A DNA stretch of 64,000 nucleotides from Tubiluchus corallicola. Lineage: Eukaryota; Animalia; Priapulida. Below the pieces are notes generated by a model. It did no database searches. It saw only the letters and a list, made by a program, of their open reading frames with translations, and had not been told where the DNA came from. Shown here one piece after another: positions 24,443 to 36,059 of the stretch. The DNA lies in assembly GCA_030141605.1 (NCBI GenBank), contig JAQGDQ010000273.1, forward strand, positions 186,001-250,000, read 5' to 3'. Both the position numbers and the translations under genes were made by a program. Every line of letters begins with the position of its first letter. Position 1 is the stretch's first letter.

Positions 24443-24850
24443 CTCGGATTATGTTTGTAAATCCACCCGATCGCATTTTCCGCCAGATTCTCCCGACAAT
24501 CGTCCGGATAATCCGACCAACAATGGGGAATGTCTGCAGCCGAGCTAATTTTCTTTGAAATACAGACCAGAAAAGTAGTTTGATAACTTGTTGACGCTTT
24601 TCAAGGCTTCCCTAAAAGAAGCCGGCGCGGCACTAGCTCGAGGAGGCATAGTGAGGGCTTTAACTTTTGGAGAAAATCTGCGAAATTGGACTGATACGTG
24701 ACACAAAACAGCTCTAAGCAGTTTACACTTGGAAACATTAGAATTAACACAAAAACAGTGACGCAGAGAGAGGTATAAGGGAAGGAGGAAAAGGTGGACA
24801 CTGAAGACTACGCGCATGGATGCGCGCAAATAGGATCCAATCACAGGTTG
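24443..24850 (-). promoter_or_regulatory. Candidate promoter and non-coding first exon for the minus-strand gene
   Basis: Locally CpG-rich. CCAAT at 24837-24841, palindrome CGCGCATggATGCGCG at 24811-24826, Inr-like TCAGTG (minus, 24799-24804) followed by a C/T tract, and donor GAG|gtaacc at 24443. Confidence 0.3.
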
Positions 24851-26354
24851 CGATGTAGTAATATAACGCCTACGATTCACCATTATTCAGCTTCTTTCAA
24901 GTAAAGCTCCTGTAAAAGAAAAATCTATTGTTCCGGGGATAAATGGGCAAAAACGGCGAACGTCCGACCCGAGAGTAATGAAAAGGAGAGAAACTGCCAA
25001 AGGAAAAATGAAGCCAGTCGACCAAGCGTGATTTGCAGCGTTGTTAAAAATGTCTGATGGAAGTATGTGACGAGCGGAAACCCATAGGCCATAGAAACGA
25101 ATTTTATGAAAAAATGGTCGTGGGGGACACATAATATGGAGAGGTAAAGGTCCTTAATGTTGGTATTAACTGATCAATATGTCCAACTTTAAAATTACTG
25201 CCTGTAGTTCCTTGCTTTTTGAATGCAGATTATTACTAGTAGTAGTTCTTGAAAAGGTGGATAAGAGGTTCAGTGGACGTTTTGCTGCATGTACTTCAGT
25301 GTTTCTGGCAGGCAAACAATCGGGCGAATTACACCTCTGAAACAGGAAAAAGTACGTGTATACACGTATAGCATGAATGTATTCATAAAGTAGATATTAA
25401 CACGACACCACGGACACTACACGACATCACCCACATAACATGATATCACCCACACCATTCCACAAAATAACAGCAACAACAAAAACCTTCTGTACAATGC
25501 TGAAATTGCGTGAATAAACAAACACGCATAAACGAATAGAATTGGCAAATGCTAATAAATCTATCCACTAATGATCACCAATGCGCGAAAACTCTATGTA
25601 TCAATCATTGCTTTCTGACCAGGAAATAATGGCAATAACAGACGAAACTTTTCGTTCATCAATATGTTATTGAGAACGCCGTTACTTTACCTTTTTCACA
25701 GAATCAAAATTTTCGCATTGTTCGTCTCTCAGAGAGATGGCAGAGTTTTGTGTAATTGCATTACATGAACAACGAGGACGAAAACGAGACCAGTATCACG
25801 ACGAAAAAATCGCAAGCGAATAACCCAAAAATAACTTCATGTAAACCAATAACCATATGGTAAAATAAAACGTGGTGCCTTGCACTTTAGTATACGTTAT
25901 AAATTATTTAGTACAATGTAGCACGCCCATATTTTTGGGAGTCCACCAAACGAAGCTTCGATTATAACATACCTGGATAATTAAATTAAAAGGTAACCAG
26001 TGAGTGGCAAAGAAGCAGACGACCTAGGCATATAAAGCAAAAAAAGCCCGGGGTTAAATGTGTCCAGGTTCGAGAACTCGAGTCAAACCGACTAGATGGG
26101 ATTTTAAGTTGCCGCAACTAACCTTTCGGCAGGAAAGAATTTGAATAGAAGCAGGTAGGCAGTGCTTGGTCATTGGACCCCACTAAATGTGAAGTAAACT
26201 ACTTTTTTAGGTTATAGAATCCACGAATATACATTTGTGTACTTATGAATTTAAATATGATCTGCCTTTCAACAGTACACTATAGTCTTTGGGTAAACGG
26301 TTTATAAATTGTTTACTAATTCCACACCGAATATTAAAAGCGTGGGCTATATAT

Positions 26355-26427
26355 ATATTATTACTATCTATAATATATGTATGTATATTATTACTATCTA
26401 TGATATATGTATGCATATTATTACTAT
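26355..26427. repeat. 30-bp tandem repeat, ~2.4 copies
   Basis: atattattactatctataatatatgtatgt / atattattactatctatgatatatgtatgc / atattattactat. Confidence 0.9.
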
Positions 26428-26905
26428 TATACTATATAAAAGTAAAATTAAATTATTATAACGTAACGTTTTTCCCAGAACTAGCAAATTCACACTTGCA
26501 AGAATATTAAGCTAATTCTTTTTGCAGACGAAATACCTACAGAGTCTAGAAATCAGTAGCACAGAAACTGCAGTCTTTCGCGAATCGAACATCGCAAATT
26601 CTAAATCAGTAAATATGGATCTTGAAGCATCTGATAACAAACGTCTAGCTCTGATTTCTAACAGCTGCAAAATCCTAGTAGCTAATAAAATATAATTTCA
26701 AAATTTTCAAAACTTTACACGTTTTAAGTAATACGAACACGTGCCGCCTGCATCTAAAGATGCAATTAAATCAGATTCTGTCTGAATTCATCGTAAATTT
26801 TGCTTAAAAAGGCTTTGAATCACAATTGCATAGACGGTGTGCCTGCTTATTTCGAATTCAAATACATGCAAACATGCACCAAAATAAACAAATATAAAAT
26901 GTAGA

Positions 26906-26948
26906 TGCAAATATCGCAAATATTGCAAATTTTGCAAATATTAGCAAA
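26906..26948. repeat. 9-bp degenerate tandem repeat (GCAAATATT), ~4-5 copies
   Basis: gcaaatatc gcaaatatt gcaaatttt gcaaatatt agcaaa. Confidence 0.8.
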
Positions 26949-29779
26949 AAATAAAGAAATTGACAATTCAAACTGTAAAGCAAATAAGCAACAGCTTATT
27001 GTATTGTTTACAGCAAATTAGCAATGGAGACACGGCTAGCTAGGAAATTAAATCTCGAAGTTAAAGAAAGAAAAACTGAAAGTCACAGTCAGACGCCAGA
27101 AATGTTTGACACTCCTTACTCTTGATTAGATCTCTAACTAAAGTGAATAGGATGACTTAATGCACTCAAATGCACCAAAATAAATGTAACTGCTGAAAGA
27201 GAATTTTATCAACATTAATAAACATTGGTAAGACAAACCGAAATTGAGTATCGATCCTAGAAATACTAGAATACCACTAACTCGGCAAACGCTTAGTTAG
27301 AAAAGTTAGTTATCCAGTTAGAGTACATTACTGACCTACTAAAACGAGTAAATTGGGAGAAAATTTAGGCCAGTATAATAAACGAAAAATGTTCAAACGC
27401 AGAGCTGTTTTCAATAAACACATTGCGGTGCATAGAGAAGTCATAAGCACCAATAATAAACCCATTTGCCTGGAATAATAAGCAACATGACGAGATTATG
27501 ATGCTAGTAAAATTGCATTCATGTGCAGAAAAAAAAGCATGTACATGAAAAACATACATGGAGAAGACTATCTCTGAATGGTAGACGCTGTAAAATTCCC
27601 GTCCTAAACATGCAGGTTGGATTTTTTTATTTCATGTGAGGCCGTTTTTTAATATCCTAAAAATTAAGTGATGTCAAACCTCATTACATTCCTTGCCGTA
27701 AAATTATCCGTTTCATGTAGTTGTAGTTGTTATTATTGTTGTTACGATCACCCGAAGCTGACGTAGCTATAACCTTGTCAGTTCTAATTATATGTGTCGT
27801 TGTTATTTGCCAGTAAGAAAACATTTTAATTGTAATCATGAACCTAACTCTTAAAATTCGTATTTAAAGCCTCTGCTTCCTAGATTTTCTCACAGACAAA
27901 GACTATAACAATAACTGAATGGTTCAATCAATTGCGACATTATTTTTACTTTAAAGCAGCACCGAGTTGATGTGGTGAAATTCGTCACCCGCGTGATTCA
28001 CGTGGCTCACATGTGTAAGGGATGCAACTGAAATACTGAAATGCGCTCAGTCAACATAGTGATAAACTAGTGACTTCGGGCATGTCATCAAATGTCATAA
28101 TGCGACATTTGATTAGAAAGACAGAAAGTGGCACAATGTAGCAGTGAGGTAGCAAGCTTATTTTGTTACGTAACCGTTGCCTTTGGACGGAAGACAACAA
28201 GCTTGCCCCTACATTACTGCAACATGCCAAATAAGAAACAAGGGAATGCAGTAACCCCATACCCGAAGAGTTCTGTAGTCATGGTGAGCTGGTAACCTTT
28301 ACCTGTATTTTGATTATATGTGACACGAAAACCTTCATGGTCCCTGAAAAACTGGAATAATTTAACGAAATGTCACAAATTATCTGAGCATTCAATCATC
28401 ACCATTTCTCTTTCTCAAATCGTTATTTGTTTAATTCATTTTTTCTTTTGCTCCTACGGTGGTGTTTTGCTGTGCATTGGGTGATTTTTCCTCACTGTTA
28501 GTTGACTGAATATCACTATAAAAAATTAATGTCAAACACTGCAGAAACGGATAAATTACCTAGGTGTCCCAAACACACTGCGAGGTCAGAACCGTCCACA
28601 CTGGCATTATTACTAAAAAAGATTCTGTTCAAGATTAACAGGTGGCGAAACAGCAGCATTCTCAACGTAATGCACTGATAAATGATAAAAGTGTAAATCT
28701 TGTGGAAGGAATTTTTAGTTTTGATAAAAAAGATTAAGAATTAAATGTTTGCAAAATTATTTTATTTCCACGGCGAATATAAGAGAATATTAAGATACAC
28801 ATAGTTACATAATTCGACCGTTACAAGGTCGACGGAGACAGATCTCTGATACTATGAGGTTCCCACAGGAACTAGTTAATTCGGCGTCGTGAAATCAAAG
28901 GCTACTTTTCTTTCAGCATTTCAGTTGTTCTAGCCGAAATGTCATTCCTGCTACTTTAGTTGTGCAGATGCATCAGGTAATGTGAACAGAACTTTACCAA
29001 GCAAAAAGCTCGCTATGGAAGAAAACGGAAGTTGCTTTATTGTTAGGTAATTAAGAGCATGAAATTCATACATGCGGGAAAATACCGACTGTACACAACA
29101 TTTGCAGTGTACTTTCACTGGTTATTTACACCGTGTACTTAGTTTGTTGTTTGACAGCTACAGTATAACAAAAACAGTAAAGCAATAAATGATAGCGAAA
29201 GCAAATTTTCAGTGCCTACTGCCAGGCATACACACAGACGTTCAAAAATGAAAGAGGTCATCACGCCAAACTTATTAAAAGTGCCAATAAAGTGCTAATT
29301 AAGCAAAAGAACATGAAAAATGTGAACTCTTCTGAGAAGTGTGAGCGGCATCTTTTACATGAGTCAATATTTACAATGATAACGGGAGAGATAAATGTTT
29401 CAGCATCACTTAAAAGATTATGCGCTGAGTTAGAAAGATAAGCTAACCAGTTTATATTTTTACAAGTGACACACCCCACCAGTCCCTGTATAGTATTATA
29501 CGTGTCTTCAACGAACCCTGAATGAATATTTTGAAATGCACGTGAAAAAGAATTAAATATTTTTTATAGATTTTACAACGATAAAACAATCACAAATTAA
29601 GCACACAATCCAAAGCAAAGCTTGGATTATTTTGAGCTTTTTATTTTCTTTCTTATGCTTTTTTGTCTGTGCAGTGTATTCTGCACTTAATTAGAGATTG
29701 TGTGACAGCATGTAAAAAACAGTATTTGCTTTGTGATTTTACGCTCAGACAGCGCAACCATCTTGAAAAAAATCATGCT

Positions 29780-29935
29780 AAAGACACAACAAAAGTTAAA
29801 ATAACTTAATTTGACTAATTGTTATTTTAACTTTGTTGATGTCTTTGGTAAAATGCTTGAATGCTCTTGTTGTTGTTCCTTTTTCACCTCAAGACAGATG
29901 ATAGATCACAGTGGTGGGCTGAAACATCCCGTCCG
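29780..29935 (+). mobile_element. Probable Penelope-like 3' end remnant: 26-bp inverted repeat followed by a decayed hammerhead core
   Basis: Arms 29780-29805 and 29821-29846. At 29895-29928: CAGAUGA-u-AGAUCAC-agug-GUGGGCU-GAAAC-AUC. Confidence 0.45.
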
Positions 29936-31711
29936 CTCATTTCTTCACTGAGCAATGGATTTTTTTTTTATTAATCATCTAAATTCTTGTCACCGAAAAT
30001 TGTTTTTATGTTAGGAGTTACACATAGATGGCAAGGCCTGAGGACCAGATGTAGTGTGCAATTTCTGCAATTTACTTTGATTATTTAACAGCAGATTTGG
30101 CAATAATTGCGCGTCTGTTTGTTTGTTCAAGCTGCACGCGATTGACTCTAAATCTGTCCACAGCTAGACAGACATAGCAAACAAGAGTTTCCAAAGAGCT
30201 ACAAGAGCACTTCTAAATTGCCCTACAGTAAACAATTGCAGAGAACACGTTTATACCATATAAATGCAGGTTCCACGAAATGAATGGTGTGAGTTGGTTA
30301 CCCGAAAATTTGCGTTTCGTCATGTCTTGGTAATAGCATTTTTCGATTTTGAAGAAATTTAGTGAACTAAGAGCTTTGTTTCCGAGAAGGCCAGGAAAAT
30401 TTACATATTTACGTCGTGTTTTCTTTCAAATAATCTCAAGGGTGGCCAAGGATGCCAGCAAGTCAATGCCTTATCTATACCAATCAACCATAATTGTGCA
30501 AAATCGAAAATGTGGTAAATGCTATTCAGTGAAATCACTTGCATAGACCATGCGCCGTGATCAGGTGGACAGATAGGCAGGCAAATAATAATTTTTAATA
30601 GCTTAATTAGGAAATTTCGTTGTGTTGTAACTTGTAACCATCTAATATCTTATACTTGATTTAGAGGTGAACAACCTTCTTAAACATCAACTCGAACAAA
30701 TTGACACTTCTGCTGGTCCAAACTCTAAAACGTAATTTTTGACAATGATACAACATTACAATATTAGCATCTTACGAGACTATAACATATCCACAATTTA
30801 AAAATTTATTTCTAACAGCATATTTTTTTGTGATTTTAATATTTTATTTTTTATAAATTTGACCACTGTGCTCCATAATGGGATAATACTAAATCATAAC
30901 AGCTGATATATTTGCTTACTTATTACACAGCTTAGATCACTTTTTATCAGTTACAATAGCAAAAATGGCATTATTATTAAAAAATAAGCCAAATTTTGGA
31001 TAAACTTTATGTAATGATCCTCGTCCACTATGAGTTCATGGTTACATGAATGAAATTGGGCACAAGTCAACCTCATGTATGGACTACTGGTAAACACTTC
31101 GGAATATTTTTGTTACACTTTTTATAAAGATTACTCAAATTGTTATAGGAAACTAAAAATCCGAAATAAGACCCAAAGTTCTCGAGGCTTACTTGCAATC
31201 TCTAGGCTTTTTGATGCTCCCTGCTGCATCTTCATGCCGTTTTTGTTATGTTGCAGCTGCTGCTACTTAACGTGTTATTAATATTTTTTCACAGGCATTA
31301 ATCGCACTTGATATTAATTAACAAGAGCATATGCTAAGTGACTGTTGTACTTGCTTGCAATCAGTGCCTTAGTTCTAATTTAGTTCATGGTGTGGTCATG
31401 CACGCACAAGCACCGCAAGCAAAGGGACAGACTGATGAGAAATTTGAGAAGACTAGACAAGCGCATGTACTGCAATGAAAACGATGATATGGGCTTCATA
31501 TAGATAAAAATATACATTCAATGTTGTAATATCGTAAAGGTACACGGGCTGTAAAAGGCAATGCAGGCCAGACTGCGACCACTTTTTCTCATGTTCCACG
31601 GTCTGTGTTATATGTTTCAAATGTTCTTTATCATAAAATAGTTTGAATGACACCTCACGCGGTAAGCTTAATGGTGATGTCTGCTTGTTATACACTTGTT
31701 GTTGATGTTGC

Positions 31712-32237
31712 TTAAAGGAAGACCGGACGATTGTTTAGACTCAATCTTATTTTAATTTATTGTCCAAAATATACATTTTCGTGCCTATAAAAGTTAACAA
31801 TTGTTCCTTATATTTGAATAATCAGCTTAGAAAGTTAATTAAGGGCAACCGAACACAGCTATTGTTTACGTCAGAAACTAACCACAGTTTGTGCAATGGC
31901 AGGCGTCTTCCCTTGCGCATCAAGCACATTTGCATAAATGTTACAGTACTGTTTAAACGCATGATGACACGAAAAATGGGCTTTACATCATATGACGTCA
32001 GAAACTAACACTGCAGTTCATGATCATGCTTATCGCGGTACCGATTCTATTTGTCGGCCACGCGCACGTGACAAAACTGACCGCGCGTAGCTTTGAAAGT
32101 TTAACGAAATTTGAGTATCCGAGGTAATTATTATCTAAACTAAGCTTTGATTTAAAAAAAGCTATTGTAGTTTTCAATATTTTAGAGCCTTCTTTATTCT
32201 GAACTAATGTTTACACAATCATCCGGTTTTCCATTAA
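31712..32237. mobile_element. Kolobok-like MITE with TTAA target-site duplication
   Basis: TTAA-aggaagaccggacgattgt ... acaatcatccggttttcca-TTAA; ~19-24-bp TIRs, ~520 bp, no coding capacity. Confidence 0.75.
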
Positions 32238-32539
32238 ATACTGTTGACTGCAACCTAAATTAATGCAATGTTATTGTGTTTTGTGTTGCTTGTCGGTTTT
32301 ACTTGCATATAAAAATCTCCAACAACATTGATTCTTTATGTGTTTGCACTACGTTACACATCTATTGTAGTACAGACTGCAAACAGAATACACACTGCAC
32401 AGTCAGTAGTTCAGAGTCAGAAACAGTATAGACAATTTTGAGCTATGACTCGACATTAAACTTATGGGTGGGGGGGGGGGGGAGCTAAGAACCTTTCAGG
32501 AAATCTCAATGTTTTAAGATAGATACTGTGATTACTGTC

Positions 32540-33160
32540 ATCAGATACCGTTAGTTTTTCACTAACATAGCTCTTGCACTATAATCAAATGACCTGTTTA
32601 AGAGCCTACCCAGTGGCGGATTACACGAAATAGTTAATTTTCACATTTTATGTCAACAAGTGGCTATACTATAAAAAGAGGTGCAATATCTTCGAAACAA
32701 ATGCACTTTAACATTTTGAAAATCTCAAAATAAGCTTATTAGCTCAACACAAAAGCAATTATCGTTGTTTTAATGTATCAACGCCTAATTGTCTTCAGTA
32801 ACTATATGCCCAAAGACTTTTTTCATTTATAGTTAGCGAGGGCTAGCCCATTTAAAGAATACAATACTAAAACAGTGCTGTTCATGATTATGGATCTCAC
32901 AGAAATCAATTTTGTCTTATCTTTGTTAGTTACAATATACGTGTCAGAAACATAATTAACAAAAATGTCAAGTAGAGATTGGAAAACAGGTATCGATGGA
33001 GACATAAGACAGACATCATCGGCATACATAAGATGATGGATATAAAAATATTCAACAGCACATCTTAATTAAGAATTTTTTATATTAACACAAAGTTCTT
33101 TAAAATGTTGATTAAACAGTGCTGGAGACAACGAGCAGCCTTGTGTCATATCATTAAACA
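32540..33160 (-). mobile_element. Degraded non-LTR retrotransposon reverse-transcriptase fragment (RTE-X-like)
   Basis: TQGCSLSPALFN...HHLMYADDVCLMSPSIPVFQSLLDI...NKDKTK, then with frameshifts GHIVTED...ANKLILRF...KVHLFRRYCTSFY...SARAMLV; in-frame stops present. Confidence 0.85.
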
Positions 33161-34765
33161 ATTTTACCAATTTTCCATACGATACCATTGCTCATCTTTA
33201 AACAGTTAAGAGCGATGCTTTCTTTTACCTTACTCAAATTAATAGTTCAGAGTAGAAAAGTATAATAGAGTGTAATAATTTTTTGGAAAAATAGTATCAC
33301 AAAGTTCCAAAAAAGTTCACGATAACACACACGGTCAAATACTTTGACAGATCAGTAAAAAGAATTTGTATATTGTACACAGCTATCAACATCAATAACT
33401 TGCCTAAGTATTGTCACACGTATTCCTTCAAGATAGCATGTAATGTTTATGAATGTCAAACTGGTGCTCAACAACAACAAGTGCTGAAGCTGACAGTCAT
33501 GAAGAGGCTGAGTGATGGAACGAAAATCAGCGATTAAACGAAAGGCCAATAAATAATTGATAAGAATAGGCGATAGCTGTTGAAAGCATCAACCATAAAC
33601 AACAAGCCATTCTGGCAGCGCTGTATAAATAATGTGTCTTAATCAACAGTTGCAGCTATTACTAATCGTGCAATTGTGGAAGCGACAGCAACTATTTAAT
33701 CTACATAACTAATGAAAACATTCAAGAACTGATGAGATGACTTGTTGGGTCACAGAGTGTCACAAAGGCGAAATGCACAATTTAAATCAAGGGCTGTACT
33801 GAATTTATGGATTGTGTAACTGCAAATATACCAAAAGCAAATATGAAGCCACGAAATCAGCAATAACTCTCCTCTACTTTGCCACTCTTCACGTGACATG
33901 TACAGAACTGCCCTCTGACTCTCAGAAGGCATCACTGACAGAAAAAAAGAGGAAGCTATTACTGCAACCAACCGCATTCATACACAGTTAAATCTCAATC
34001 AGACAATTCTCCATAGCATGAAAGACAATGAAGTCGGCAACAATGAAGGCATTTCTATTGTAATCGACTGGTTTAAGAGATAGGACTTTGACGGATGAGC
34101 AACAAAGGTAAATCTACTCCATTTTAGGAGATCTAACAGGTAGGTACAGTATAAGCCCCCACAGACAATATTCATCTTCACTTTCATAATGACCACCCAG
34201 AGCCACAGAGCACAAAAGCGAGACTATAGCTGTAGTTGGAACACCTAAAAACAAGTTCTTTTTGAAAGGTGTCGGCGGCGCTATGGCCAGCCTTTGGATT
34301 TATAAAAAGAAATTTATGGTCAAGCTTGAAAAGCGGCCAATGTCCAGACGATTGTAAACAAATTTCACCAGTAAGCACGCTGCGCTAAACAGCCGCAGAA
34401 ACTGCAACACTGTGAAATTGTAAACTAATTTTGTGTTGTTAACAGCGCCTGTTGTTAATAATGGCCACACCGCCACAATAGTATTTAGCGTCTTTTCTTA
34501 TAGAGGCTTTGTGGTTTGTTCAGGGGGAGAGGGTGGCATTTCCATTATTAACACAGAGCTAAAATACAGTATACACATCAAATACCTAATAATTATATAT
34601 TATAACAAATCATAATAACTATCATAAACTATAGGTCTAACATGCACAATTGTCACTGAAGTACTTATAGCAAGAAAATTTACTGTCTACGATGCAGATT
34701 TCATCCTTCTGTTGCTAATAATTTATCTATTTAAAAAATAAGGAATGTAGGGAATGTAGCGCGAA

Positions 34766-35101
34766 TCAAGAACGTCAAAATCAGCGATAATACGAAGATC
34801 ACCTTCATTCTACAAATTCCTAGAGCTTTCATGAAAAGTTTTAAGTACTTATGCACTCATCGTCAGTCAACTAAAATAAATAAAAAAACAGATAGATTCT
34901 ACATTCTCGCTTTACTAGTGATTGTTTCTGTGTATTGTTCGGCTTCTATCTGTCTTAGATAGCATATGTAGATTCTATCTTTTTTATTTGTTTTAGTTGA
35001 CTAACGATGAGTGCAGGAGTACTGAAAACGTTTCATGAAAGCTCTGGAAATTTGTAGAATGAAGATTATCTTCATATTATCGCCGATTTTGACGTTTTTG
35101 A
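34766..35101. mobile_element. Fold-back of ~135-bp arms, probably head-to-head Penelope-like 3' ends, each arm with a decayed hammerhead core
   Basis: Arm 1 ~34766-34905 and arm 2 ~34965-35101 are reverse complements with scattered mismatches. Minus arm: CUGACGA-u-GAGUGC-auaa-GUACUU-AAAAC. Plus arm: CUAACGA-u-GAGUGC-agga-GUACUG-AAAACGUUUC. Confidence 0.7.
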
Positions 35102-35782
35102 CGTAACGCATTCTCATAAAAAACTTTTTACACACAATTTCATGGTTTTAGCTTAATAAAAATGCGACATTTTCATACATTTACATCGATTCTTCATTGT
35201 CAGGATAAGCGTTAACCAATGTATATTTTCAGCAGATTTTCAGTACATGAGCTATGACATAAAAGCTAAACTGTGGCCGGGATCCTTTATTGCGACCTTT
35301 TTCACAGACACTCAACACAAAACACGTGGTTATACGTACAAAAGAGATTATTGCCTCATGGGAGGCATGTCAAGAACCATTGAGCTGAAAGTAAAAAGCG
35401 AGCAGGTTATACTGTCAAAGTTGAATGAATTACAAATTATCCTTTCAAAAAGGCAACAGTTCAGTAAACAGCAATTTTCCTCTCAAGCGCAGAGGTAAAC
35501 CTGGGTTACTCGTTCTTTTGAGACCCGGGAATGGAATCTCTGAAGTTAAATTTTAAATAGAGTGCTCACTGTGGCATTAATGGCATAAAAGTAGTTAAAC
35601 TTCTTAAAAATAGTTATTTAGCCTAATGTATGACGGCTAGCAACCTTGCCTGCTCGACAACTTGTATAACTTGTTTGCTTTTATGTTTCAGTTCTATGCT
35701 TGCTTGTCGTTTGTTTGTGTTTATTTGTTTGCTTGCAAGTTTGCAGCATTCAACACGCTGAAGCAACAGCTCTCTAGGCCTA

Positions 35783-36059
35783 CATGGCGTTCGTCAGAAA
35801 TTTTTTAATAGTTGCACTTGGCAGGACTTTCAGAATACTTACATGCCAAACTGGGAAGCTGACAAGTGCTGAACGGTTTTAGACTAAAAGAAAACAAAAA
35901 AGCAAAACATTTTGCTAATCTATGCTATGCTATACTAGTGCTAATCATTAAGACATCGCGCTTCTGAAATGTCATAAACTAGCTTTCATACGTTCGTGGA
36001 TCAACGTTTACGTTAATTTTTACTTGGGCATAACTTTCAAAACTTGGGCGAACGTTATG
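35783..36059. mobile_element. Possible old MITE
   Basis: Weak TIRs catggcgttcgtc / ggcgaacgttatg; no TSD recognisable. Confidence 0.25.

Noticed and set aside
24801-24830. CUGAAGA + GC stem + CAAA resembling a hammerhead
   Set aside because: GAAA box and stems I/III are absent; better explained as a palindromic promoter motif
33750-33977. ORF MRLVAVIASSFFLSV... as a signal exon
   Set aside because: The hydrophobicity derives from a T/C tract; no convincing donor; no supporting context
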